From contig CM060732.1 of assembly GCA_030704615.1 (NCBI GenBank), positions 60,388,001-60,452,000 on the forward strand: DNA of 64,000 nucleotides. The letters run 5' to 3'. Every line of letters starts with the position of its first letter. Within the stretch, counting starts at the first letter, position 1. Made by a program: the position numbers and the translations under genes. Source of the stretch: Takakia lepidozioides (lineage: Eukaryota; Plantae; Bryophyta). The notes beneath the pieces are model-generated. The model was not told the DNA's origin. It saw only the letters and a program-made list of their open reading frames with translations, and ran no database searches. Of this stretch, positions 13,004 through 26,553 are shown one piece after another.

Positions 13004-14205
13004 GACAGGTATATGTCGGAGGAGCGTTGACTGTTAAGCATGCCAAGCCAGGCCACACACCTCGCTTGTCTCCGTCATGAGACCAATGACTAGGGCTGGG
13101 GGAGACGACCTCGGTGGAAATGAAGTGTGCTCTGGTTTCACTGGGTAAATTGTGTGGGTGAAACCCTAAACACATACCCCCAGGACGTGTATCACCTGAG
13201 TGCATTGATTCATTCATACATTCATACCCGACTTATGTTGTTCTGCAATACACGTACTCATATCTGTATTCCACTAGGTTCAACCCGGTATACCGGTCCA
13301 ACAGTGGACAGAAGGGGCGGGCCCAGGATGGGGAAACGTAGGAGCAGGCAAGCCCCCAACAGGTTGGTGGATTGCCCGCACGCACCGGCAAGGCCATCGC
13401 TACAAGTACCCACTACCAACCACCTTCCTCTTTCACGGATCACTTCTTGTCCATAGCTGAGTCTTCGGAGTCCCTCTCTTCAGACCCGTCTGGCACTGCA
13501 ATGTGTTTCAAGTATCTGAAAATGGGATGGAGCATTAACTGGGTGGCTCGTTCACTGATCAGAAATTAAAACAAGCCTTCCGCCGCCAAGCTCTTCTCTG
13601 ATTGCTGACTTTTCTGTTGTGAGCTGCTGTTTCTAACTTTGCCAGTGGACGATCAGTCACTTGGGAGAGGAGCCACAGAGCCAGCTGACGGAAGTCAACA
13701 GTTGGGTGTCCGTTGCAGTTGAATCCTCGACGGACGAAAAAGTGAAAGTAGTCGTCCCAACGCGGTTTGTCGTCGTCTGGAGTTGGTGGACTTGGCCGTG
13801 GCTAAGTTATTGCGGTGCCAGCTTTGTGTGGACCACTCTCATGAGCCGGAACAGCCTGGAAACTCGCTTGGATTGCTGCTTTTTCAACATGTTTCCCGGC
13901 ACCCCATTGCTTCTGTAAGAAGTAGCTGGTAGAATCAGAAGAGGAAAGCCATGGCAGAAGACACATAAAAAGGAGAGCAAGAGCTGAGGCTGCAGTTCAG
14001 AATTAGTCCTTCCTTCTGGAAATCTCAACCGTCTAGTGTTCACAGCAGTAGGTGCACCTCTTTGTCCCCATCAGTTGCATGCAAGTTGAATATATATAGT
14101 ATTACAGTTGCTAGTACTGTGCGACCCACTTAGAGAGCGTTCCATTCCAGGCTGTGCTCTGGTCATTGTGATTACTCACTACTACACGCGGTAAGTGCCG
14201 CAAAC

Positions 14206-15969
<1,764 letters not shown>

Positions 15970-17534
15970 CATCTTCGTGCGATAATAGGGAACACATTAG
16001 AACTCTAGTGGGAAAAATGTTGGGATTAGTACGAAATCTAGAGGACCTGGCATGTTCGGTATCCTTTCCGTGGAGCTGCGGACTGAGTATAGAGCTGGGA
16101 GATTTCATACACATTATTGAGTAGTTGAGCTGAAGATGCTCGACGATAGTTAATAAGTCTGCTGATCTGTGCAAGCTGACTGCTCTTGCACCCAAGCAAA
16201 CCATCATTCAACCAGACCAAATGTCCATCAGATGACCCCGAGATGTTGGCCGTCAATGTAAGTAACTGAAGTTGTTCCTGGATTGTTTCAGCGCGTTAAT
16301 GATTTCAAGATGTGTCTTTGATTGTGGATCACACGGGATTCCTACTTTTTCAAGCTAATTCCATCCATGATCTCACCAAACTTACGGCTGAGATGAGCCA
16401 CTACATAGATCGTCTCACGAATCCTATCTACCTCCTCTTGTGGGAAAAATATGGTCGCATCCGGCACAGGATGGACCTCCAACTCAGAAGCAGCGCCCAT
16501 CTCATATGCATGTGATACAATGATATTGCGCGTTTAGGCAAAGACTCGTGACTGTACGTACATTACATGATTTAATAATTAGCCATTTATTTTCTAATCC
16601 AAGAATTTTAAATTACCTGAAATTATGTCATTTGACATTTACAAAACACTAGAAGAATCCTAAAGTATTAGTGTTAGTATCATGGGTTCTTAGAACCCTT
16701 CTATCGGCTGATCGCTCTACCCTCGAGCACTCTATCCACTATCGTAACTACTCTCCATTTTGGGCTCTCTAACTTCTGCCCTCTGCCCTTTACATCGTGC
16801 TCTCTACCCCATGCTCTCTCATTTCTACTCTCCCGATTGTTGCTAAGCACACTCTCGAAGCCTTCTCTTATACTTTTTTTGGGAATAAGAAAACTAGGAA
16901 ATAATCATTAAACTAATGGGAAATTTGTTGGGCAAGCAAACTTGGAGACTTCCATGGAAACTTCCAATTTCATCCATCCATGAAATCTTTTTTTTATCCT
17001 TGAAAATTCATCCATCTTTCATCCTTGAAATTTATCCATCCATTTCCGTTCATCCACCTTCCATCCCTAGATTTTTCATCCTCAACCTCCGCGTAGCTCG
17101 GCTCCTCCACGCTCCACCTACAATTTGGCTTCTTGCAGGTGTTCTTGCTGCTCACCATCTCTCTCACATTGACTCTTTACTCACTAAGTGCAACTATTAG
17201 ACTACCTCCAATATAGCCGCTAATGGCTATCTATAAATATATGTTTTGGTAAAAACCGAAAAGCGTCGCAGTTACATGGACGTCGCAAGAAGGGATTAAA
17301 CAAAAAATATATAACTACCAGTAATTATTTATAAATTTGGAATTAAAAAGTGTCGCATTGAAACTGCGACGGCCAGGACAACGCAAGGGGCTAATACGGT
17401 ATAGTCCAATACCTTCGGAGCTGCCACACTTACAGAGCTTAAAGATGCACATATCGTACATATAACGTCTTAGGTTGGACCGTCCGTGCAGCTTCAACTT
17501 CAAATCGTGTAATAACTTCGGTCCATGTTCCAGT

Positions 17535-17890
17535 TGTCAAGTTAAATAAGCACAGTGTGAAAACAGCTAGAATAAAACTAGTTATTTGTATTTAACACTT
17601 GGATTTAGGTCAAGTGTTAAATCAGGTGTCAAGTTTAGTTTGACACCTGGTCCGTCTTATCTTCACGAGAGCGGCAGTCGCGCGGCTCATCTCTTTCGAG
17701 TTGAGCCTACGCGACCGAGCTCCTGCATGTGTTTAGGTTTGAGTGTGCTTATGTAGGGGTACATGTTGTTGTGGGGTGGAGTCCCCATAGCTTGGGGTGC
17801 CCCTGGCTCGACTTCTGTTTCAATGAGTGATAGCGATGGATTTTATATTTCTTGTGTTGGGAGTGTGTGTCCTTTTTAGCTTGTTTATCA
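17535..17890 (+). repeat. 5' terminal repeat A1 (356 bp; the 3' part of the LTR)
   Basis: Direct repeat of 28875-29230 (offset 11340, 6 substitutions counted by eye, no indels). Begins TG and ends TATCA. Contains three hairpins (AACACTTG..CAAGTGTT, AGGTGTCAA..TTGACACCT, GGCTCA..TGAGCC). Confidence 0.95.
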
Positions 17891-17902
17891 CTCGAGAGAG
17901 AT
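17891..17902 (+). promoter_or_regulatory. Self-priming-type primer binding site (not tRNA-complementary)
   Basis: CTCGAGAGAGAT directly abuts the LTR end. It is the reverse complement of ATCTCTCTCGAG at 29029-29040 (12/12) and of 17689-17700 (11/12). There is no TGG start. Confidence 0.75.
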
Positions 17903-19999
17903 CACGCTTGCATCTGTGAGTGCCAGAGGTGAGTTTAGTTTTAAGCACTTGGGGTTTTTGTTTTAGAAGTGAGAGAAGAAAATTATGGTAGATTATGTTT
18001 GTGACAAGGCTGGTGGAGCAGCAGGATGATGCGCAAATGTAAGGAAGACTATGTTTGTTGGTAGCTGCTGACAACCGTAACCCTATCCCTGGACTTCTTC
18101 TCCGGAGGTGGAAGACTGTATGCAGCATGCATGCAAGAGTGTGGTTGTGACAAGGGAACAAACGCTTGCGGTTGAATAGTTGTTACAAGTTGGGCACTCG
18201 GTGCGTCGCTATAACTGCAACTGTACAGGAGCACCGCGAGAGGCAGATTGCTCTACAGCCTTTGCTGTACTTGGTTAGTCCAATGGTGACAAATCCAGAC
18301 CTTGTTAAAGCAACATAGACAGAGAAGCGATTTATAGAAAGAAGGTGAGGAGCAGTGAAGAGTGTACGGGAAAGGGAGCCCTGGCAGCCATGGCATAGCA
18401 TCGTGCTCCGCACCACGGGTTATCTCGAAAGAATCGATGAAGAGTAACGATGCGAAAAGCCCGCTTACAGTGTTGAAAATATTCAACACAACCTGCGGAT
18501 TATCTACCTAAGTGCTTCTGAAGCTGCATGGATTAAGCTTCTTCAACACAGCCAATGGAGTGTTCATTATATGACAGTTATGACCAAGGAAGTGAGGAAA
18601 TGCCTCATCTGCTCAGCGCAAGCTTTCCCGCTCTACAAGCTCCACGCTCAAGCTCTCGCTCCACGCTATAGCAGACATGGTGAAATGGAAGGGATGCACT
18701 CGGCTTTGTGGTAGCTGAAGCCAAGAGACAGGGAAAACGATTGATACTCACCTTCACCAATAATTATTCTATCTTCGGTGGAAGACGCAATATGTGCAAT
18801 GGGCGAGCCAGTATGCTGGTATTCATCTGAATTCGGAGGATGGCGGCGTATGTGAAGAACTGGGATTCTAACCATGTGTTGGAGCTGCAGGGAGGTAGCG
18901 TGGTGGCGTAGGGTCGCAAGCACGGGGTCGGGGACATTGGCTGGTAGGACAGCAACGGCAGTGGTAGCGCCGGCCGGGTAGAAGGCTGAACTGAAATGCT
19001 TGGTGTCAGTTGGAATGACCAGCAACCTTTCCCTCCAGCAAGTCCACCCAACATAGCTCAAAGACAGAGGAGACCTGTGACCGAGATATGGAGTGAGTGG
19101 TTATCCAACCTTGAAGTTTGTGGCCAGTCTGAATGCTGTTGCTGCCCAACTTGGCCAGACACTCGGTACACGAGCTTGCAAAGCTGCAGGGAACATTGCA
19201 GACAAGTCCAACGGGGATGTTGCGGTGGATCAGTATACCGCTAGCGGGTATGCTTCTACATTGAACATGATCGCTACCTGAATTGAGATAGTGCCTTGCC
19301 CTATCGGAGTATGCAGACCTATGCTCCAACCTTCAACTAAATGACGAAGCTGATCTGGTTACTCTCTACTCTGTGGATAGTCCAACACAGTTGCCTTTGT
19401 CAATAAGCTCCTTCACCACTTCCACATTTGACACTAGGTCCGAAGATTGTCTGAAGAGAGAGCAAGTGCAGATGGCAGCTGCCCACCAGGTTCTGACAGA
19501 GTATCATCAGGGCTTGTCCCTGCATTAGGGATGGCTCGAGTGCTTGCATCATGGGAAACAGATGCCTGACGCTGCACAGGCCATCACCATCGCCATAGCC
19601 ATACACCCGAGCTCGAGAGTCGTCGCTGGAGCAAAGCAGCTCACTAAGCGAGCAAGTCTGTGGTACACCTGTAACCACAAATGGAACCTGGGAACGGTTC
19701 TTAATGGCGGGAACGTTTTGGTGTTAAAAAAAAAAAAAAAAAAAACTTTGATATAATTTAAATGATTTAGAGCCTGGTTGGTCATAACTTTGTCAAATGG
19801 ACTCCGTTTGACTCAGTTTTTGGGTGGATAGCTGCAGAAAGGGAAAATCTACATAACTACACCTGGTTTTTGTTTTGGGGACTCTGTTAAAAATCTGTGG
19901 AATTATTAGAGTGTGAGTGTGCTATGAAAGATCCACAATTCTGTGTCCAGAATCTGTTGTGGTCTACATGAGACATAAATCTGTGGATGTACTCCTTGC

Positions 20000-20749
20000 A
20001 TGGCTGGGGGAAATGAGGACGTAATTGAAGGGCAGGTCTCTTCTCTTAGCCTGTGCACACAAGGGGACAGGATTTATGTTTCCCAAGGAACTCAGACTGA
20101 TTTGAGTGGAGAACAGTTGGACGAGTTGATTGCATACTGGGAGTCAGGCATTAGCAGTAGACAACAGACTGTTGTAGTTGGCATTGAGGAGCTCAATATC
20201 GCCTTGGACAGTCAGAACTCTGTTGGAGCCAGCAGTTCTGCAGCTGTAGGTGAAATACCAAAGTGGGTGAAAGCTAGGCTTGGAACACAGCCAAAGACAG
20301 CCCCGGGGACCAAGGTGTTCAGCCACAAGGCCGTGGTGTACTGGAGCAGAGGAGCAGGAGCTACACAAGTTTGTGCAATCAAACATGGTTGCAGCCGGAT
20401 ACGCTCTGCACAGGGCAACCACGAGCGGGGGTTCATCAGCAATGACATGTTTGTTGTGCGTGAAGGAGATGCAGTCATTCGCAATGAGGACACCCGCAAC
20501 CGTCTCAAAGCTTTCGAGTTGAGAGACTATCAGACCCTACCTTTGTTTTCTTTAGTATTCAGTGAGCGGGAGATAGGGGAGTATTGCTTTGTCTCTACCT
20601 GGCAGAAAGAGGAGGAGGGTTGGTTAGAGCGAGCTACTGTAGCTTGGGACAAGGTTATTGGCAGGTTTCTGGACATAGATATACCTCCTACACCTTACCA
20701 TCATGCAGAGCGAGGCACTTTGAGAGAAGTCTGGCAGTTGATAGTATAG
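20000..20749 (+). CDS. Uninterrupted 249-aa accessory ORF of unknown function inside the retroelement, upstream of gag
   Basis: ATG-to-stop ORF with globular composition. No motif recognised. Confidence 0.6.
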   Translation: MAGGNEDVIEGQVSSLSLCTQGDRIYVSQGTQTDLSGEQLDELIAYWESGISSRQQTVVVGIEELNIALDSQNSVGASSSAAVGEIPKWVKARLGTQPKTAPGTKVFSHKAVVYWSRGAGATQVCAIKHGCSRIRSAQGNHERGFISNDMFVVREGDAVIRNEDTRNRLKAFELRDYQTLPLFSLVFSEREIGEYCFVSTWQKEEEGWLERATVAWDKVIGRFLDIDIPPTPYHHAERGTLREVWQLIV

Positions 20750-21268
20750 ATCAGGATTAGATCTTGCTTGGTCGGGCTTCTATTCTTCCCCTCTATCTCT
20801 GTAGTATTTTCATTACCTTGTACTTATAGTTGCCAAAGCCTCTCTTGGTGGAGGCCAGTCAGTCCGGGGTTTTGGGCTGGGCTATTCTGCAGGATCAGCA
20901 TTGCAACTGGATTTTGGTGTGGGGGTGTTGATGTTTTGATTTCTTGTGTTTGGATCCCCCCCAACACCTGCATGCTTGACTGTGCGCCATGTTGGTTTTG
21001 TGTGGGCGCTTGCTGTCATAGGGATTAGGCCGGATTTGATCACCGGTCAATCCTAGAGTATGCTGTCGGTGGTGAGGCTGGAGTGATGACCAGCAAGACC
21101 ACCAGTGTTTCTTCTATGGTGAGGCTGGGTTGATGACCAGCCAACCATAGGAGTTCTTGCGGTGGATGCAGGTGCAGGTGCCCTGAGCCATTGGGATATG
21201 ACCCTTAAACTGCAACAGGTACCCACCCGTGTCATTATTAGATTAGTACTAGAGCCTTATAGTGTCAC

Positions 21269-21851
21269 GTGGAGGAGGTGCACATTGTGAGTGTCATTAT
21301 AGAGTTACCCAAGGGTTTTGAGGGGAGTACAGCTACAGGCAGTAACAGTGAGAGTGGGTTCACAAGACGAGGTATCCGGTTCAGACCACCTTCACCGCCA
21401 CCCTCAATTACTGTAGAGTCAGACACAGACTCGGAGGCTTCATCAACAGGTATGCACTTTCATTCGCCATTGTTGTGGGACGACATGGAGGAGATGTATG
21501 GAGCTACCAAGGGGCCTCGTAGGTACTCTGGAGCTGTGGGCACAATTGAGTTGGATGACTTTATCCAGGAGTTCGACAGCTGGTGTGATTTGCAGCAGAT
21601 GCGCAATCCACAGCTATTCACCCCATTCATGGCGTGGAAGGGACTGTTCCAGCATTTGGAAGGCCCGCCTATGGACGATTACCACGAGTTCAGGCGAGGA
21701 CATGAAGCAGAGATTGAGGAGTGGAGGATGTATTGGTCACCTGACTACGTCTCCATTACTCGAGGCACGACGCGACCAGTAGCTGCATCAGTACCAATAG
21801 CTCCCACTGCCAGCACTAGTAGTGGAGCAAGTAGTGCTGGTACTTCTGCAG
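21269..21851 (+). CDS. gag: Gag, N-terminal part (cut by the inversion breakpoint)
   Basis: RYSG....ELDDFIQEFDSWC...KGLFQHLEGPPMDDY is capsid-like. It continues on the minus strand from 26550 (SSKG..PRFNP.VEFF..KLRSLQDFQHKTSESLREA). Confidence 0.7.
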
Positions 21852-23010
21852 GCATGCTCCAATCTGTATGCAGCTGAAAAGGACGCCCCCTGATAGGTCG
21901 TCTCAAGATGGGCGCTGAGGTCAACCTCGCCTTGAACTCTTGAAAAGCTCATTCTTGCTCATCTTCCCACTGCCACTCCTGGTCCACCTTGGTCAGCTTG
22001 GTTAGAGCCTTTGCAATGGCACTAAATCCCTTAACAAACCGTCTGTAATAGTTTGCTAACCCCATGAAAGCTCGAACTCGGCTCACATCCGTGGGGCGTG
22101 GAACCTGTGCAATGGACTCTACCTTAGTCTGCTGTACCCCCAATCCTCCAGGATATATCATGTGACCCAGATACTCAATCTGGTTGTGGAAAAACTTGCA
22201 CTTGCCTGGATGTAACTTCAATCCGTGCGTCCTCAAGCGCTCAAATACCCCCTGAAGGTGTCTCTCATGCTCCTCCACCGTAGCACTAAAGATGATGATG
22301 TCATCTATGTAGCACCGAGCAAACTCCACCCCTGCTAGAATCCTGTCCATGACTCTTTGAAACTCAGCAGGAGCGTTTTTAAGCCCAAATGGTAAGAACC
22401 GCCACTGGTATAGGCAATTCTTCCCGTGCTCATTGATCCCCCAGAATGCCGTCTTTTGCTTATCCGCCTCCTTGATCGGCAACTGGTGATATCCGGATCG
22501 TAAATCCAACGTGCTAAAGACCTTGGAATGCCCAATGGCATCAAAGATCTCCTCTGGTGTTGGCATGGCATACCTATCAGACTTGGTCTGACGATTTACA
22601 GGCCGGTAATCACCGCACATACGTCTCTCCGTCCAATTGCCATAGACATCCTTCTTAGCTGGCATCACTGTGGCTGAAGCATACTCTCCACCAGAGAACT
22701 CCACCAAACCTGCCTCCCAGAGATCTTGAGTCCTCATCTGAATCAAAGACCTCTCCATGTCACTGTATCTATAGGGTCTCCAAAAGATTGGCGTGTCAGT
22801 GGCCAACTCAATACGGATCTCTTGACCCTTCAGTGCTCCCAAGTCCTTCAAACTGAAGGCAAAGCAATTCCTGTAAGCCCTCAGGAACTGCCGTATACGT
22901 CGTCTCTCTCCTCCAGTGACAATGGGTCCAATGTCAAGCTCCCAATTGTCCTCCGTAACTGCAACCTTAAGTCCAGTGGGCTTAGAGGTAGAGGACGCGT
23001 CCCGTGATTG
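21852..23010 (-). CDS. pol: Reverse transcriptase and start of RNase H (inside the inverted block)
   Basis: RMCGDYRPVNRQT, FSTLDLRSGYHQ, LPFGLKNAPAEFQRVM, YIDDII, KCKF..IEYLGH, FMGLANYYRRFV, then APILRRP..PFQLHTDWSM. In-frame TGA at 21949. Confidence 0.97.
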
Positions 23011-23319
23011 CTATGCTGCAACCTCTTGAGCAGTACCCCCTTCCTGCTCAGTCAATGACAAGGCCTCATCCTGCCCCATCATCTCATCATTGAGAACCTC
23101 CTCAACCCGAGAAGAATCCCCAACCTCATCCATCACAACTGCCTTGGCTGCCAACTCCCTCTGAACCTCGAGCACCTCCCACGTGTGCCATGGATGTCTA
23201 CACCCCGTGGTCCTCACCGGCTCGCCCCCACTTGCTGCCTGTACCGTCTCGGTAGGCAGAGAGACCATGAAGGGGAGTGCACTCCGCACTCTACGTTGCT
23301 CAGCCATAGCCAAGCTGAT

Positions 23320-24262
23320 AATCCAGGTCAAGCAATTGAGATCCATTGCTTGCCCCAACACCTGACGCCGTGATGCCTCAGAAAGAGAAGGCACCGCCGT
23401 GGTCCCAGTGGAAAACCCCATAGCCCGCTCTCGCTCGTCGGCATTAGGCTCCACTAACTGCTGCAACTGAGCATCCCACAGGAGGCCAAGTCCACCATCT
23501 CGAAAAGCATGGGATCTTGGGAAGCTAAGCAGTGTAGGTAATGCTGCTCGTGGTTGACCCACCCTGTTGACCACTGCCAAAGGCGAACGGTCATCGTGTC
23601 TCACACGTTGAGACTGCCTTCCTGTGTCCAAAATGCCATCCACGGTGAGGTGTGCTGGCCGCTGCACCCCATCAAATGCACGCTTGAGCAGTGCGGGTGG
23701 CATCAAGTTAGTCCACCATAGTCGTGGACGATGAGCCCGTGACCCCACTGTAGCTGCATCCAGCAACACTGCTGACCCAAGCCACGACCGGACTTGATGC
23801 ACACTGGCCATCACCCTGGCCCGAGAATCACCCATCAGCGGCACATTCTCTAAGATGTATGCCGGAGATACAGCTTGATGAAGCTGCAAGTGACGCAAAA
23901 TCCGCACCATCTCCCAAAACAGACCCGTCCTCGAGTCTAGCAATCCATTGCCATGCCCGGCTGATGAATGCCCTTGGCAGGGCCAACCTGCCACTACCAG
24001 ATCAATGGAGCCAACCCGCTCCAAATCCTGCGCCCCCAGCAACGCAATGTCTACTGGCAAGGCCTGCTGATATCCACGAACTGCAGACACCGGCAACAAC
24101 TCAAGGTACTGCTGCAGCATCTGAGCAACATGGCGCAGTGAGACGCGTCGTGCAGTCTCATCCCTCTCCACATACAGGTAACGTCGAACTCATACACCTG
24201 CCTGCAGCACTGCAGCCAATCCAGTGCTGATCCCGCCAAATAAGTCCAGAAGGCATATGCCT
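23320..24262 (-). CDS. C5-cytosine DNA methyltransferase domain (DNMT3-like) embedded in the pol polyprotein
   Basis: Motif I LDLFGGISTG, II YLYVERD, IV DLVVAGWPCQGHS (catalytic PC), VI ILENV, VIII AHRPRLWWTN, IX ERERAMGF..GTT, X RRQVLGQAMD. Same frame as protease and RT; one TGA at 24190-24192. Confidence 0.93.
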
Positions 24263-24689
24263 TCATCCGGCCGCTGCCACACAAGAGGTGTGGTATCCAA
24301 TGGCGACAACTGAGGTTTCCCTGGTGCAATCACCGCACTCTCCTCCTCTCCTAACGGTACAAAAGCTTCTACCCAAGCTTGTTGCACCCGTCTATCAGCA
24401 GCTTGCTGCAAATCCTTGCTCGTACCCCACAATGGAGTGTGAGCAACCATGGCAGGCAACTCCACCGTACCATGCATGTCATCCTGCTCTGCTGGAGGTG
24501 GCACATCCTCTGCATGGGCATTGCCTTCCAGCAACTCTCCAGGCCAACTAACTGCAGCTGTGAAGGCAGGTAGTGTTGGTATCTTGCCCCGTTGGGCAGC
24601 TGCAATACCCCCAATGAATGTCACAGGGAGCTGTGCACGGCGACCATCCCCTGACTGCCATCCAGGCCTGTAGAATGCTGACTCCTCCC

Positions 24690-25010
24690 AGAAGTCCAGG
24701 GTGAAGCCCATGGGGTATAACACTGCCCCACCAACGAGGACATCGTAAGAGACCGCGTCTGTCACAATGGCCTTGGCTCGCATCACTGAGCCATCTACAG
24801 GATGATCCGGCTGCAGTCTAATAGCCAACTGATGCCATGTCATGCCCCGCACCTGCTCTGATCCTCCCAGAGATGTCTGTATCTGGAAAGGACAAGGCTC
24901 CATATCCGCCTCCATAAGGCCCAAACCTGCAATAGCAGCTCTGCCCAACATCAGTGGCTGGGCTCCCGAGTCCAACAAGACCCGCAGTGGCCGGTACTTC
25001 TTGCTTGCCG
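24690..25010 (-). CDS. Retroviral-type aspartic protease
   Basis: RVLLDSGAQPLMLG ... SYDVLVGGAVL in ORF 24190-25494. Confidence 0.9.
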
Positions 25011-25494
25011 GTCCACTCAAAGTGAAAATGCCTCCCTGGTTGTCTAACAAGACAACTCCAGGTGTCACCGTGGCGCGCTCAAAGGCTGGCCTAGCTGGCA
25101 GCTCCGTCAATCTGGCAGCTGCAGCTTGCCAGGGCGCTACCGTGGCAGTCTTGACCCTCAAATCCGAGGATCCCTCTGCCACTACACCTTCCACTAACTC
25201 CGCAGAAGATGAAGTGACCTCCCCACTCTCACAGAGTTTTGCTGCGATTCTGAACACTACTGCAGCTAGTCTCTCACTCCCTCGTTTCGCAATCATGTTT
25301 GCCGAGACAGTTGGGCTTGACACAGAGTGGCTTGCCACCCACAACACCCCCCCCCTGCTGCCCCTAGCCTTTGGGTCAGGTGTCAGTGCTGCAACGTGTA
25401 GCATCTCCCCGATGGCATAGTTCACCTCTCTGCAACCTCGTGGCCTCTGAACTCGTGCTGCTCCTCGAGTCACGGCTGTCAGGGCAGACGCCAC

Positions 25495-26550
25495 GCTGCT
25501 CTAGTGGTAGTGCTTCTCCGCACATGAATCCCATGCCTCCCATATCTCTCCCTCATGAGCAGGAGGTGACCATCATCCCGCCTGGGAGCCGGTAAACCCC
25601 AACCTAACCGCCTGGCTATTCCTTCAGCTAGCCTCTGCTCTAGCTGCTGAACCGTATTTTGCCATGCCTTGGTCAACAAAACCGGACCTCCGCGTCCTTG
25701 GCCATGGGAGCTTGCCCTTGGCCTGCACCTCGTGCCCTACCACTCGTCCTCTTTGGTCTGGTCACCTAGCGCCCCCCCCCCGCCACCATTGTTCACCTTG
25801 GAACTGGCCTGGGCGGCAACTCAGGATGCAAGTCATAACACTGGGCATCTCCATGGCCCCATACTTTGCCACAATGCCCACATTGCACTGTGGCAGGCTG
25901 TGCTTGTGCCGTCCTTTTGCCACTCTCTAGGGCAATCTCCCTTGACATGGGGTCCCTCCCATGTCCAACATATCACCCCTGGTTGCTGTTGGCCATGCAA
26001 AAGATGCCACGGGCCTCTGCACCTGAGGTCCCCTGTAAGCTCCATGGAACTTGGGCTGGGCAACCTTGCCCCCCTGTACCACGCTGTGGGGCATCCCCTT
26101 GTGCCTGTGGGCTGACAGCTGTGCCCCGTTGCGGCATGTCCTTATGTCCTTGCCAAATCCAATTTAACAAGAACAACGCGCTCCTCCACCACCATGTTGA
26201 GCTCAATCATCCGCTCAGGCCAGCAAAACACATCTGCTAATGTGGGTTGGGCTGCTTGTAACAGGGTTGCATCTCGCACCCTTCTCTTGAGCTCCTTGTC
26301 CAGAATTCCATACCAAAACTAGATTGCCTGAACTTCAGTAACCCTTGGGTCACACTTATCAAGCGCTCAACGATGTAACGCCTCTCTCAGGCTCTCACTG
26401 GTTTTGTGCTGGAAGTCTTGCAAACTTCGCAGCTTCTCTGTCCGTACCCTTGGTAGTTCCTCCGCACTCCTGGAAGAACTCCACCACCGGTTGAATCTAG
26501 GCACATGTGTTGTAGTCGTGGCAGCGAGAGTAGTAGCCCACCTTTTGAAC
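25495..26550 (-). pseudogene. gag: Gag C-terminal part with degenerate zinc knuckle(s), frameshifted (inside the inverted block)
   Basis: FWYGILDKELKRRVRDA..PTLADVF; ICWTWEGPHVKGDCP knuckle remnant; several single-base indels. Confidence 0.7.
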
Positions 26551-26553
26551 TGC

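Noticed and set aside
23011-24262. Bacterial restriction-modification methylase or contamination
   Set aside because: The domain is in frame within a retroelement polyprotein, has DNMT3-type motifs VIII-X, and is flanked by intron-containing plant genes.
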